64,000 bases of DNA from Betaproteobacteria bacterium RIFCSPLOWO2_12_FULL_68_20. GTDB lineage: Bacteria; Pseudomonadota; Gammaproteobacteria; Burkholderiales; SG8-39. A program made the translations under genes and the position numbers. The stretch lies in NCBI GenBank assembly GCA_001770655.1, contig MERQ01000068.1, forward strand, positions 17,621 through 81,620, in the 5' to 3' direction. This document shows, one piece after another, positions 9,200 through 22,676 of the stretch (position 1 is the stretch's first letter; each line of letters starts with the position of its first letter). A model generated the notes under the pieces. That model did not search any database. It was not told where the DNA came from and saw nothing but the letters and a program-made list of their open reading frames with translations.

Positions 9200-9396
9200 T
9201 GGCTGCGCTCGACCAGATCATCGGCGGCGTCAAGGAGGTGCTCAAGATGAGCGGCGAGATCAAGCGCTTGTCCGATTCCGTGCGCGAGCTCAGCACCGAA
9301 GTGCGCGATATCGACCGGCGAGTGGTGCGCCTCGAGACGATGGTCGAGCTCGCGCAGGCTTCGCGCGGCGCGAAGCGCTTGCCGCCCAAAGGCTGA
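9199..9396 (+). CDS. Uncharacterised 65-aa coiled-coil protein
   Basis: TGATG coupling to the upstream gene; heptad-like IKRLSDSVRELSTEVRDIDRRVVRLETMV; host-like codon use. Confidence 0.75.
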   Translation: MAALDQIIGGVKEVLKMSGEIKRLSDSVRELSTEVRDIDRRVVRLETMVELAQASRGAKRLPPKG

Positions 9397-9414
9397 TCCC
9401 GCCTCCCGGCCGGC

Positions 9415-10875
9415 TTGCAGACACGACCGAAGCTGCTGAAGTCGAAGTTCTTCTGGGTCGCGCTGCTGTATTTCGCCGAAGGATTTCCGTTCGGCGTCTT
9501 CTACGAAGTCTTTCCCGTCTATTTTCGCCAGCAGGGCGTCGAGCTCAAGTCGATAGGCCTGATCAGCCTGCTCGGGCTGGCGTGGACGCTCAAGTTCCTG
9601 TGGGCACCGGCCATCGATCACTACCGCCGTCATCGCCTGTGGATGGCGACGGTCGACCTCGCGATGGGGGGCGTCATGCTGGCGTTCGCGTTCGTCGCGG
9701 GCCTCGGGCCCTGGGTATGGGCGGCGATCGGCTTGTTCACCATTCTCTCGGCGACCAACGACATCGCCATCGACGGCTACACCATCGAGCTCCTAGATCG
9801 GAACGAATTGGGGCTCGCGAACGGCATCCGGATCGGCTTCTACCGCGTCGGCCTTCTCGCGTCGGGCCTGGCGCTCGTACTCTCCGACTGGATCGCGTGG
9901 CCGGGCGCGTTCGCCGTCAGCGCCCTGATTCTCGCCGCCTCGGCCGTCGGCTGCCTGATGGCGCCGCGCGAGCCGGTGGTTGCGCGGGTCGACACCGACT
10001 CGCTGCGCACCGAGCTTGCAAGGATCGCCGCGCGGCCGCGCGCCGTGGCCGCGGTGGCCGGCCTGCTGCTGCTCACGCTCTGGCTCATGGATGCAGCCAT
10101 GCAATGGTCACGCGGTACGAGCGATTTCTGGTGGGCGGCCACCAGCGTTGCGGTCGTGCTCCTCATCCTGTCATTCGCGTACTCCCTCGCTCGCCCGGTT
10201 CGGGCCGCGAATGACGCGGGCTCGAGAGGGCCCATGTTCGGGGCGCTGCTCGAACTGCTCGGGCGGCCCGGGATCCTCCCGGTGCTCGGCTTCATCCTGA
10301 TTTTCAAACTGGGTGATGCCTCGATGGGGTTCATGGTGAAGCCGTTCTGGGTCGATGCGGGCTTCTCCGCCACCGAGATCGGCCTGGTGTCGGTCAACAT
10401 CGGAATCGTGCTGTCGGTCGCGGGCGGCCTGGTAGGCGGCTGGTACGCCGACCGCGTGGGGATTTTCCGGGCGCTCTGGGTGCTCGGCCTGTTTCAGGCG
10501 CTCTCCAATCTTGGCTACGCGCTTGCGGCCTGGTTCCTGACAGCCGCGGGTACCCTGGCCGCCGAAGATCGCATCATCGTCTATGCGGCGAGCGCTGCGG
10601 AATCGTTCACCGGCGGTCTCGGTACTGCCGCGTTCCTCGCGTTCCTCATGGCGATCGTCGACAAGCGGCGATCGGCGGCGGAATACGCGCTGCTTTCCTC
10701 CGTATTCGCCTTATCGCGATCCGTTGCCGGCTGGGCGAGCGGATTCGGCGCGCAGGAGCTCGGCTATGCGCCCTACTTCCTTCTGACCTTCCTGCTTTCC
10801 TTTCCCGCTTACCTGCTGCTGCCGTGGGTGGCGCGAATGCTGCAGCGCCCTCCGGAGTCTGCGGCTACGGCCTAG
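9415..10875 (+). CDS. ampG: AmpG family muropeptide MFS permease
   Basis: LYFAEGFP, WTLKFLWAP.ID, SATNDIAIDGY and FKLGDA motifs. Confidence 0.85.
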   Translation: MQTRPKLLKSKFFWVALLYFAEGFPFGVFYEVFPVYFRQQGVELKSIGLISLLGLAWTLKFLWAPAIDHYRRHRLWMATVDLAMGGVMLAFAFVAGLGPWVWAAIGLFTILSATNDIAIDGYTIELLDRNELGLANGIRIGFYRVGLLASGLALVLSDWIAWPGAFAVSALILAASAVGCLMAPREPVVARVDTDSLRTELARIAARPRAVAAVAGLLLLTLWLMDAAMQWSRGTSDFWWAATSVAVVLLILSFAYSLARPVRAANDAGSRGPMFGALLELLGRPGILPVLGFILIFKLGDASMGFMVKPFWVDAGFSATEIGLVSVNIGIVLSVAGGLVGGWYADRVGIFRALWVLGLFQALSNLGYALAAWFLTAAGTLAAEDRIIVYAASAAESFTGGLGTAAFLAFLMAIVDKRRSAAEYALLSSVFALSRSVAGWASGFGAQELGYAPYFLLTFLLSFPAYLLLPWVARMLQRPPESAATA

Positions 10876-11645
10876 AGATTCCACTCGTAATCGATGGCGA
10901 GCGGTGCGTGGTCGGAAAACCGGCGCCGCTTGAAGATCGACTCCTTGCGCGCTCTGGCGGCGATCCCGGGCGTCGCGATCTGGTAGTCGATGCGCCAGCC
11001 GACGTTCTTCGCCCACGCCTGCCCGCGGTTCGACCACCAGGTGTACTGCTCGGGCTTCGCGTTCAGCCGACGGAACACGTCCACCCAGCCCAGCTCGTCG
11101 AACAGCTTCGTCAGCCAGGCGCGCTCCTCGGGCAGGAAGCCGGAATTTTTCCGGTTCGAGCGCCAATTCTTCAGATCGATTTCCTTGTGCGCGATGTTCC
11201 AGTCGCCGCACATGATCACCTCGCGGCCTGATCGCTTCATCTTCTTCAGCTGCGGCACGAAATCCTCGAGGAAGCGGAACTTCGAGGCCTGGCGGTGCGG
11301 CCCCGCCGAGCCCGAGGGCAGGTACAGCGACACCACCGAGAGCCTGCCGAAGCGCGCCTCGAGATAGCGGCCCTCCGGATCGAACTCCTTGCTGCCGAAG
11401 CCCCCGATCACCCGGTCGGGCTCCGCGCTGCTGTAGAGAGCGACACCCGCGTAGCCCTTCTTCTCGGCGTGCGAGAAGGCGGAGTGAAGGCCCTTCGGCG
11501 CGCGCATCACGGGCTCGAGATCGCCTTCCTGCGCCTTGATCTCCTGCAGACACACGACGTCGGCTTTCTGTCCGGCGAGCCAGCGGTAAAAGCCCTTCTT
11601 CGCCGCCGAGCGGATGCCGTTGACATTGAGAGTGATGACTCTCAA
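10872..11645 (-). CDS. xth: Exodeoxyribonuclease III
   Basis: [36 protein letters not shown] and SDHAP motifs. Confidence 0.94.
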   Translation of the reverse strand: MRVITLNVNGIRSAAKKGFYRWLAGQKADVVCLQEIKAQEGDLEPVMRAPKGLHSAFSHAEKKGYAGVALYSSAEPDRVIGGFGSKEFDPEGRYLEARFGRLSVVSLYLPSGSAGPHRQASKFRFLEDFVPQLKKMKRSGREVIMCGDWNIAHKEIDLKNWRSNRKNSGFLPEERAWLTKLFDELGWVDVFRRLNAKPEQYTWWSNRGQAWAKNVGWRIDYQIATPGIAARARKESIFKRRRFSDHAPLAIDYEWNL

Positions 11646-12331
11646 GCCGAAGGAAAGCTCGCGACGCCGCCGTGCGCCGCCGACCACTCGGCCGGCGCGC
11701 GCAGGAATTTCTCGACTTCGGCGATCTGCGCGCCCTGCAGGTAGCCGCCCTGCTTCACCACCGCGAGCACGTCCCACCAGGTGGCGAGGTAGTGCAGCCG
11801 CACGCCGAGATCGGAGAGGATCTTCTTCGACCCGGGGAAAATGTCGTAGTAGAAGTTGACGTACACGTGCTCGACCACCGCGCCCGCCTCTCTGAGCGCC
11901 TTGCAGAAGTTGATCTTGGAGCGCCCGTCGGTGGTGAGGTCCTCGACGAGAAGAGTTCTGGCGCCCTCGCGCACGTCGCCCTCGATCTGCGCGTTGCGAC
12001 CGAAGCCCTTCGGCTTCTTTCTCACGTACTGCATCGGCAGCCCCAGGCGCTCGGCGATCCACGCCGCGTACGGGATGCCGGCCGTCTCGCCGCCCGCGAT
12101 GACGTCGAATTGCCCCGCGCCCGCGTCGCGCTCGAGCGTCGCCAGCGCGAACTCGATCAGCCGCGAGCGCACCTGCGGATAGAAGATCAGCTTGCGGCAG
12201 TCGATGTACACCGGGCTCGCCCAGCCCGAAGTGAAGATGAAGGGTTTTTCGTCCGAGAACAGCACTGCCTTCACCTCGAGCAGCATTTTCGCGGTGGTCT
12301 CGGCGATGATCTCCTTTTCCTCGGGCGGCAT
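11642..12331 (-). CDS. pyrE: Orotate phosphoribosyltransferase
   Basis: [25 protein letters not shown] and PRPP loop [12 protein letters not shown]. Confidence 0.93.
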   Translation of the reverse strand: MPPEEKEIIAETTAKMLLEVKAVLFSDEKPFIFTSGWASPVYIDCRKLIFYPQVRSRLIEFALATLERDAGAGQFDVIAGGETAGIPYAAWIAERLGLPMQYVRKKPKGFGRNAQIEGDVREGARTLLVEDLTTDGRSKINFCKALREAGAVVEHVYVNFYYDIFPGSKKILSDLGVRLHYLATWWDVLAVVKQGGYLQGAQIAEVEKFLRAPAEWSAAHGGVASFPSA

Positions 12332-12430
12332 GGGCGGGGCCGGCGGGCGCGGGCGATTCTACCCCAGCGTCAACTCGCCGCGGGCGCCGCGCGTTACAAT
12401 GGCGACGGCTCCGGGATTCAGGGGGAAGTG

Positions 12431-13039
12431 ATGATTCCGAGACTCGCAGTGCTCGCCGCGGTGCTCGCGCTCGCGCCGCTCGCCGCCGATGCGCAGTCGT
12501 ATCGCTGCGTCGGCAAGGACGGCAAGAAGTACTACGGTTCGACCATTCCGACGCCATGCATCGGACAGCCGATCGAGCAGCTCAACGCCCAGGGCACGGT
12601 GATCAGGCGCATCGACCCGCAGGCAAGCGCCGCCGAGCGCGAGGCGAAGCAGGCCGAGGAGAAGAAGAAGCGCGAAGAGGCCACCGCGGCCAAGGAAGCG
12701 GCGCGCCGCAATCGGGCGCTGCTCGCCACCTACTCGAGCGAGAAGGACATCGAGGATGCGCGCGCGCGCGCGCTCGCCGACAACCAGAAGGCGGTCAAGG
12801 AGATCGAGGCGCGCATCGATCTCATCAGGAAGCGCCGGGAGGGTTACGAAAAAGAGGTGGAGTTCTACAAGGGAAAGAGCAAGCCCCCCGCCAAGCTGAA
12901 CGAGGACATCCAGAACGCCGAGATGCAGCTCAAGGCGCAGGAAGGGCTGCTGGCGGCGAAAAAGAAGGAAGTCGACACGGTCAATGCCAAGTACGACGAG
13001 GACAAGAAGCGCTACATCGAGCTGACGCGGCGCAAGTAG
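12431..13039 (+). CDS. Secreted DUF4124-like coiled-coil protein
   Basis: Signal peptide, YRC..KDG...YG...P..C head, R.LLATYSSE.DI motif and a long coiled coil. Confidence 0.8.
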   Translation: MIPRLAVLAAVLALAPLAADAQSYRCVGKDGKKYYGSTIPTPCIGQPIEQLNAQGTVIRRIDPQASAAEREAKQAEEKKKREEATAAKEAARRNRALLATYSSEKDIEDARARALADNQKAVKEIEARIDLIRKRREGYEKEVEFYKGKSKPPAKLNEDIQNAEMQLKAQEGLLAAKKKEVDTVNAKYDEDKKRYIELTRRK

Positions 13040-13042
13040 CGC

Positions 13043-14476
13043 TCAGCGGGCGAGTTTCCGGCGCAGGATCTCGGTTACCTGGGTTGGGTTCGCCTTGCCC
13101 TTGGTCGCCTTCATTACCTGGCCGACGAGCGAATTGAACGCTTTTTCCTTCCCGGCGCGGTAGTCCTCGACCTGCTTCGGATTCGCGGCAAGCACTTCCT
13201 CCACCAGCTTCTCTATCGCGCCAGCGTCGCTGATCTGCCTCAAGCCGCGCTTTTCGATGATCGCGTCGGCAGCGCCTTCGCCCGCCCACATCGCGTCGAA
13301 GACCTCCTTCGCCAGTTTTCCGGAGAGGGTGCCGTCGGCGATCCGTCCGAGCAGTCCGGCGAGATCCTTTGCGGGCACCTTGCTCTTCGAGATTTCGATT
13401 TCGTCCTGGTTGAGCGCCGCCGCGAGCTCCCCCATCTGCCAATTGGCGCAGAGTCTGGCTTCGGCTCCTGAAGCCTTCACCAGGGCCTCGAAATAGTCCG
13501 CCGCAGCCCGCGAGGCGGCGACGAAGCCGGCTTCATGAGGGGTGAGTCCGTATTCGCGCGCAAAGCGGTCTCGCCGCGCCGCTGGCAGCTCGGGAAGCGA
13601 TCTGCGGATCGCCTCGATGTCCTCCTCGCTCACGACCAGCGGCAGCAGATCCGGATCAGGGAAATAGCGGTAGTCATGCGCTTCCTCCTTGGTGCGCATG
13701 GAGCGCGTCTCGTCGCGCTCCGGGTCATAGAGCCGCGTCTCCTGCTCCACGCGCCCCCCGTCCTCGATGAGCGCGATCTGCCGCCTGGCCTCGTACTCGA
13801 TCGCGCGCTCCATGAAGCGGAAGGAATTGAGATTCTTGATCTCGCAGCGCGTGCCGAGATTCGCGTCTCCGGCGCGCCGCACCGAGACGTTCGCGTCGCA
13901 GCGAAACGACCCTTCCTGCATGTTGCCGTCGCAGATCCCGATCCACACGACCAGCGCGTGAAGCGCGCGCGCGTAAGCGACCGCCTCCTGCGCGCCGCGC
14001 AGGTCGGGCTCCGAGACGACCTCGAGCAGCGGCGTGCCCGCGCGGTTGAGGTCGATTCCCGTGAGGCCGTGGAAGTCTTCATGCAGCGACTTTCCCGCGT
14101 CCTCCTCGAGATGCGCGCGCGTGAGGCGAATCGACTTCTCGCGGCCCTCGACGATTATCTTCAGCTCGCCTCCCTGCACGATCGGCTGCTCGTACTGGCT
14201 GATCTGGTAGCCCTTGGGGAGATCCGGGTAGAAGTAGTTCTTGCGCGCGTAGATCGAGCGCCGCCGGATCTCGGCGCGGATCGCCAGCCCGAAGCGGATC
14301 GCGTGCTCGACCGTGGCGCGGTTGGCGACCGGCAGCACGCCGGGCAGCGCGATGTCCACGGCGCAGGCCTGCGTGTTCGGCGCCGCGCCGAAGGCGGTCG
14401 AGGCTCCCGAGAACGCCTTGCTGCGCGTGAGGAGCTGCGCGTGGGTCTCGATCCCGACCACCACTTCCCAGGCCAC
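13043..14476 (-). CDS. gatB: Asp/Glu-tRNA amidotransferase subunit B
   Basis: [30 protein letters not shown] and YRYFPDPDL motifs. Confidence 0.97.
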   Translation of the reverse strand: MAWEVVVGIETHAQLLTRSKAFSGASTAFGAAPNTQACAVDIALPGVLPVANRATVEHAIRFGLAIRAEIRRRSIYARKNYFYPDLPKGYQISQYEQPIVQGGELKIIVEGREKSIRLTRAHLEEDAGKSLHEDFHGLTGIDLNRAGTPLLEVVSEPDLRGAQEAVAYARALHALVVWIGICDGNMQEGSFRCDANVSVRRAGDANLGTRCEIKNLNSFRFMERAIEYEARRQIALIEDGGRVEQETRLYDPERDETRSMRTKEEAHDYRYFPDPDLLPLVVSEEDIEAIRRSLPELPAARRDRFAREYGLTPHEAGFVAASRAAADYFEALVKASGAEARLCANWQMGELAAALNQDEIEISKSKVPAKDLAGLLGRIADGTLSGKLAKEVFDAMWAGEGAADAIIEKRGLRQISDAGAIEKLVEEVLAANPKQVEDYRAGKEKAFNSLVGQVMKATKGKANPTQVTEILRRKLAR

Positions 14477-14481
14477 CGGCC

Positions 14482-15212
14482 TCACCTCGGTCGCGGGCGC
14501 AGCAGCTGGCAGTTGCCGCGCCGGTCGACCAGCACGGTTTCCAGGTACGCCTCGGAGCCGCAGCGCTCGGTGCAATTCTCGGCCGACACTTTCACGTACT
14601 CGCCGAGGTCGCGCAACGTCACGGTGCAGCGGCCCGAGGCGAGCCTCAGCCCGCCCTTCAACTGCTGCTGCTCCAGACCGGCGAGCGCGCAGCCGTGGCC
14701 GCTCGGATCGACCTTCGAGCGCCACTCTAGCGCACGCAATTTGCCGTCTTCCGCGGCGTAGTCGAGCGTCGAGGCGTAACGGTCGTGCGCAATCTCGCAG
14801 CGCACGTTCGCGCTGTAGCCGTCCATCTGCGGAAATTCTTCGCTGAACTCGAAGCGCTCGCGCTCCTGGCCGCCCGGCCCGTAGCGGGTGCCCTTGAAGA
14901 CGCCGCCGCGCCAGGTCCCGCGCAGGGTTGCGGTCGCCGGCCGGCCGAACAGGATCGGCGAGGTACCTTCCTTCAGCGTCGTGACGCCGAGCTGCGGGCT
15001 TCTTTCTCCCTCGAGAAAACGGCGCACGAGCGTGGCGAGCAGCACGTACTCGCCGCTCAGCTGCCAGCCGCCGTCCTGGCGCTGGGTCGCGTGCACGACG
15101 AGCAACGCGCCGCGGCCGCCGAGCCGGCCTACCAGCTCGCGCGACGCGTCGCCGTCCTGCGCCGCCGCTGCCGGCGCGACCAGCAAAGCGAGCAAGGCGA
15201 GAGCCGCGCGAT

Positions 15213-15216
<4 letters not shown>
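14482..15216 (-). CDS. Hypothetical exported Cys-rich protein
   Basis: GTG start overlaps the gatA stop; signal peptide [19 protein letters not shown]; six Cys in the C-terminal half. Confidence 0.75.
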
Positions 15217-18150
<2,934 letters not shown>

Positions 18151-18161
18151 GTCCCGGGGGC

Positions 18162-19091
18162 ATGGAGCAGGCGCCCCCGCCGTTTTTCAAGCGCGGTCCG
18201 GCACCGGTCGTCCGGCTGTTCTTCTTCGCCTCGCTTTCGCTCGCGCTCGCCGTGCTGGATGCGCGCTTTCGCTACGCCGACGGGCTGAGGAGCGCGCTCG
18301 CGCTCGCCGCCTACCCGCTGCAGAAGATCGCCACCGCGCCGATCGCGCTCGCCGAGCGCGTCGGGGGCTACTTCGGCAGACAGTCGCAGCTGCGCGAGGA
18401 GAACTCCGAGCTGCGCGCCACGGCGCTCGCCTACGCCCAGGACGCGCAGCGCTTCGAGGCGGCAGCAGCCGAGCTGACGCAGCTCAGGCGCCTCATCGGC
18501 GCCGCCGAGCGCCTGCCGGTGCGCTCGCTGCCCGCCGAGGTCCTCTACGCCGGGCGCGACCCGTATTCGCACAAGCTGTTCCTCGACCGCGGCGCGGCGC
18601 ACGGCGTGCGCCCCGGAAGCCCGGTGGCCGACGAGACGGGCGTGGTCGGACAGGTGACGCGCGTGCACCCGCTGCTCTCCGAGGTGACCTTGCTCACCGA
18701 CAAGGACCAGGCGATCCCGGTGCAGGTGGTGCGAAACGGCCTGCGCGCGGTCGCCTTCGGCGGCGGCGCCACCGGCACGCTCGAGCTGCGCTTCATGGCG
18801 GCAAACGTCGAGATCCAGAACGGCGATCGGCTGGTGACCTCGGGGATCGACGGCACCTACCCGCCGGGACTCCCCGTGGCGACGGTGGTGCGAATCGAGC
18901 GCGATGCGGCGCGCACGTTCGCGCGCATCGTGGGCGAGCCGGCGGCGGTCGTGGACCGCGGCCGCTACCTGCTCGTGCTCTCGAACGAGGCCGCGGCTCC
19001 GCCCTACCCGGGCGAGGCGCGGACCGGCCGCGAGCGGCGCGCCGACAAGCCCCGGCGCGGGCACGCCAGGGACGCCGATGGCGCCCGATAA
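18162..19091 (+). CDS. mreC: Rod shape-determining protein MreC
   Basis: N-terminal TM plus coiled coil; GVVGQV and LVTSGIDGTYPPGLPVA motifs. Confidence 0.95.
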   Translation: MEQAPPPFFKRGPAPVVRLFFFASLSLALAVLDARFRYADGLRSALALAAYPLQKIATAPIALAERVGGYFGRQSQLREENSELRATALAYAQDAQRFEAAAAELTQLRRLIGAAERLPVRSLPAEVLYAGRDPYSHKLFLDRGAAHGVRPGSPVADETGVVGQVTRVHPLLSEVTLLTDKDQAIPVQVVRNGLRAVAFGGGATGTLELRFMAANVEIQNGDRLVTSGIDGTYPPGLPVATVVRIERDAARTFARIVGEPAAVVDRGRYLLVLSNEAAAPPYPGEARTGRERRADKPRRGHARDADGAR

Positions 19092-19590
19092 GCCCCAGCA
19101 CATCCTGCTGCCGGTGCGCGCGAGCACCATCGCGGCCTCGTTCGCGGCCGCGCTGCTGCTCAATTTCCTGCCGTGGAACGACCTGCGCCTCGCGCCGGAT
19201 TTCGTCGCGCTGGTGCTCACCTTCTGGTGCGTGCGCCAGCCGCGGCTGGTGGGCCTGGGCATCGGGTTCGCGCTCGGGCTGCTCACGGATGCCGGAAACG
19301 GCGTGCTGATGGGCCAGCATGCGCTCGCCTACTCGCTGCTCGCGTTCCTCGCCATCTGGCTGTCGCGCAGGATCCTCTGGTTCGGCGCCGCGCAGCAGGC
19401 GCTGCACGTCGCGCTGCTGCTCGTCGCGGCGCAAGGCGCGGCGCTCGCCGTTCGGCTCGCCGCCGGTGCCGAATTTCCGGGGTGGCCGCTCCTTGTCGGC
19501 CCGCTCGCCGGCGCGGCGCTGTGGCCGCTGGTCAGCTGGCTGCTGCTCCTGCCGCAACGCCGGGCGCTCGAGCCCGAGCAGATGGTGTGA
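19078..19590 (+). CDS. mreD: Rod shape-determining protein MreD
   Basis: PDFVALVL.FW and GLL.D...G..GQHAL motifs; position in operon. Confidence 0.93.
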   Translation: MAPDKPQHILLPVRASTIAASFAAALLLNFLPWNDLRLAPDFVALVLTFWCVRQPRLVGLGIGFALGLLTDAGNGVLMGQHALAYSLLAFLAIWLSRRILWFGAAQQALHVALLLVAAQGAALAVRLAAGAEFPGWPLLVGPLAGAALWPLVSWLLLLPQRRALEPEQMV

Positions 19591-21506
19591 TGCCGATGCG
19601 CGCAGCCGAGCTCAGGAACACCGAGCGCGAGCTCTACCAGTTCCACGTGCGCGTCGGAATCGCCGGGCTCGCGGTGCTTGTCGCCTTCGGCCTGCTCGCC
19701 GCACGGTTCGTGTTCCTGCAGGTGGCGCAGCACGACGCCTACCGCGCCAAGGCCGAGGACAACCGCATCTCGATCGTCCCGGTCGCGCCCAACCGCGGGC
19801 TGATCGTCGACCGCAACGGCATCGTGCTGGCGCGCAACTTCTCGGCGTACACGCTGGAGATTTTCCCGCGCCGGCTGAGCGACCTCGAGCGCACCATCGA
19901 CGAGCTCGCCGAGATCGTGGACATCCAGCCGAAGGACCGCGCGCGCTTGAGGAAGCTTCTGGCCGAGACGAGGAATGCCGAGAGCCTGCCGATCCGCACC
20001 CGGCTCACCGACGAGGAGGTGGCGAAATTCGCCGCCAACCGCTACCGCTTCCCCGGAGTGGACATCAAGGCGCGGCTGTTCCGCCAGTATCCCTTCGGCG
20101 AGACCGCCTCGCATGTGATCGGCTACATCGGCAGGATCAACCGCGACGATCAGGCGCGGCTCGAAGAGGAAGGCCTCGATGCCAACTATCGCGGCACCGA
20201 GTACATCGGAAAAGCCGGAATCGAGGCGAGCTACCAGAACGAGCTGCACGGCACCACGGGCCTGGAACAGGTCGAGATCGACGCCGCCGGCCGTGGCATC
20301 CGCACGCTGTCGCGCACGCCGTCGCAGCCCGGCAACGACGTTGCGCTCACGCTCGACATCCGGCTGCAGGAGGTGGCCGAGGCCGCGTTCGGCGCGCGCC
20401 GCGGGGCGCTGGTCGCGCTCGAGCCCTCGACCGGGGCGGTGCTCGCGTTCGTTTCCAAGCCGGGATTCGATCCAAACCTGTTCGTCGACGGCATCGATCC
20501 CCAGAGCTGGGCCGAGCTCAACAACTCCCCCGACCGACCCCTCAACAACCGCGCCATCGCGGGCCTCTACCCGCCCGGGTCGACCTTCAAGCCGTACATG
20601 GCGCTCGCCGCGCTCGAGCTCGGCAAGCGCACGCCGAGGAGCACCATTTTCGACCCGGGCTATTTCGAGTTCGGCGGCAGGCGCTTCCGCGATTCCAAGC
20701 CCGGCGGTCACGGCGTCGTCGACCTGTACAAGTCGATCGTCAAGTCCTCCGACACCTACTACTACATGCTCGCGAACGACATGGGGATCGACGCCATCGC
20801 CGGCTTCATGAAGCACTTCGGCTTCGGCGCGAAGACCGGCATCGACCTGCAGGGCGAGGCGCTCGGCGTGCTGCCCTCGCCCGAGTGGAAGACCAGGCGC
20901 TTTCGCCGGCCCGAGCAGCAGAAGTGGTATGCCGGCGAGACGATCTCGATCGGCATCGGCCAGGGCTACAACTCCTACACTCCCGTGCAGCTCGCGCAGG
21001 CGATCGCCACGCTCGCCAACAGCGGCGTCACGTTCCGGCCGCGGCTCGTCTCGCACGTCGACAACCTGCGCAGCGGCGGGCGGCGCTACCTCGAGCCGCA
21101 GCTCGCGCACCGCGTGCCGGCGCGCGCCGAGCACCTCGAGTTCGTCAGGAACGCGATGGCCGGGGTCAACCGGGAGGGCACCGGGGCGCGCGCCTTCGCC
21201 GGCGCCCAGTACACGAGCGCCGGCAAGACGGGCACGGCACAGGTGATCGGCCTCAAGCAGGGCGAGAAGTACATCGAATCGAAGGTCGAGGAGCGGCTGC
21301 GCGATCATTCGCTTTTCATCGCGTTCGCGCCGGTGGAGAGCCCGAAGATCGCGCTCGCGGTGGTGGTGGAGAACAGCGGCTTCGGTGCGCGCGCCGCGGC
21401 GCCGGTGGCGCGCACCGTGCTCGACTACTTCCTGCTCGGCAAGCTGCCCGAAATCATGACCAGGCCGACCCCCGAGGACGAGGTGGAGGAGGAGGAAGGC
21501 GACTGA
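19590..21506 (+). CDS. mrdA: Penicillin-binding protein 2
   Basis: RGLIVDRNG, SxxK (STFK), SxD (SSD) and KTGTAQ motifs. Confidence 0.96.
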   Translation: MPMRAAELRNTERELYQFHVRVGIAGLAVLVAFGLLAARFVFLQVAQHDAYRAKAEDNRISIVPVAPNRGLIVDRNGIVLARNFSAYTLEIFPRRLSDLERTIDELAEIVDIQPKDRARLRKLLAETRNAESLPIRTRLTDEEVAKFAANRYRFPGVDIKARLFRQYPFGETASHVIGYIGRINRDDQARLEEEGLDANYRGTEYIGKAGIEASYQNELHGTTGLEQVEIDAAGRGIRTLSRTPSQPGNDVALTLDIRLQEVAEAAFGARRGALVALEPSTGAVLAFVSKPGFDPNLFVDGIDPQSWAELNNSPDRPLNNRAIAGLYPPGSTFKPYMALAALELGKRTPRSTIFDPGYFEFGGRRFRDSKPGGHGVVDLYKSIVKSSDTYYYMLANDMGIDAIAGFMKHFGFGAKTGIDLQGEALGVLPSPEWKTRRFRRPEQQKWYAGETISIGIGQGYNSYTPVQLAQAIATLANSGVTFRPRLVSHVDNLRSGGRRYLEPQLAHRVPARAEHLEFVRNAMAGVNREGTGARAFAGAQYTSAGKTGTAQVIGLKQGEKYIESKVEERLRDHSLFIAFAPVESPKIALAVVVENSGFGARAAAPVARTVLDYFLLGKLPEIMTRPTPEDEVEEEEGD

Positions 21507-22618
21507 TGGAGCTCGCCCGCATTCCGCTGCGGCGCCTGGGCGAGCGACTCGCCGAGGGCATCGACTCGACGCTGCTGGTGCTGGCGCTCTCGCTCTCGTT
21601 CATCGGGCTTGCGGCGCTGTATTCCGCGAGCTACGACAACCCGGCGCGCATCGCCAACCAGCTCGCGCACCTCGCGCTTGGACTCGCCGCGATGTGGCTG
21701 GTCGCGCAGGTGCCGCCGCAGACGCTGATGCGCTTCGCGCTGCCGGCCTACGCGCTCGGCCTGGCGCTGCTCGTGGCGGTAGCGCTCTTCGGCGACGTGG
21801 TGAACGGCGCGCAGCGCTGGCTTCGCGTCGGGCTCGTGCGCTTCCAGCCCTCCGAGATGATGAAGCTCGCCGTGCCGCTGATGCTGGCGTGGACCTTCCA
21901 CAGGAACGAGTCCTCGCTCAGGCTGCGCGACTTCGCGATGGCCGCGTTGCTGCTCGCCGTGCCCGTCGCGCTGATCGTCAAGCAGCCCGACCTCGGCACC
22001 GCGGCGCTGGTGGCCGCGGCAGGCACCTACGTCATCTTCTTCGCCGGGATCGGCTGGAAGCTGCTCGCCGGGCTCGCCGCAGCGGGCCTCGCGAGCCTCG
22101 CTCCGCTGTGGGGACTGCTGCACGAGTACCAAAGGAAACGGATCCTCATGCTGCTCGATCCGACCCAGGACCCGCTCGGATCGGGCTACCACATCATCCA
22201 GTCGACGATCGCGGTGGGCTCGGGCGGCCTCGTCGGCAAGGGCTGGCTGAACGGCACGCAGGCGCACCTGGAATTCATCCCGGAGCGGCACACCGATTTC
22301 ATCTTCGCGGTGTTCGCCGAGGAGTTCGGCCTCGCGGGAGGCGCGCTGCTGCTCCTGCTCTACACGCTGCTGGTCGCGCGCGGCCTGATGATCGCGGCCA
22401 ACGCGCCGACGCTGTTCGCGCGGCTGCTCGCCGGCGCGATCGCGCTCATGTTCTTCACCTACGTGTTCGTCAACCTCGGCATGGTCACCGGGATTCTCCC
22501 GGTGGTGGGCGTGCCGCTGCCTTTCATTTCCTACGGCGGCACGGCGCTGCTCACGGTGTTCATCGGCATCGGCCTCCTGATGAGCGCCCAGCGCCACCGC
22601 AAACTCGTGCAGACGTAG
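21506..22618 (+). CDS. rodA: Rod shape-determining protein RodA
   Basis: FQPSEMMK, QPDLGT, PERHTDFIF and GVPLPFISYGG motifs. Confidence 0.96.
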   Translation: MELARIPLRRLGERLAEGIDSTLLVLALSLSFIGLAALYSASYDNPARIANQLAHLALGLAAMWLVAQVPPQTLMRFALPAYALGLALLVAVALFGDVVNGAQRWLRVGLVRFQPSEMMKLAVPLMLAWTFHRNESSLRLRDFAMAALLLAVPVALIVKQPDLGTAALVAAAGTYVIFFAGIGWKLLAGLAAAGLASLAPLWGLLHEYQRKRILMLLDPTQDPLGSGYHIIQSTIAVGSGGLVGKGWLNGTQAHLEFIPERHTDFIFAVFAEEFGLAGGALLLLLYTLLVARGLMIAANAPTLFARLLAGAIALMFFTYVFVNLGMVTGILPVVGVPLPFISYGGTALLTVFIGIGLLMSAQRHRKLVQT

Positions 22619-22630
22619 CCGGACTGTCGT

Positions 22631-22676
22631 TGTTGCACAGCAGCATCTAATTGAAACCTTTCACCGCATGGTGAAA
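22631..22676. promoter_or_regulatory. Operator-like palindromes upstream of aceA
   Basis: TGTTGCACAGCAGCA (22631-22645, PhaR-like) and TTTCACC-gcat-GGTGAAA (22659-22676, IclR-like) in an AT-rich intergenic region. Confidence 0.55.

Noticed and set aside
10872-11645. Possible Crc catabolite repression protein next to pyrE
   Set aside because: The catalytic ExoIII motifs (QE, GDWN, RID, SDH) are intact, so an ordinary nuclease is more likely.
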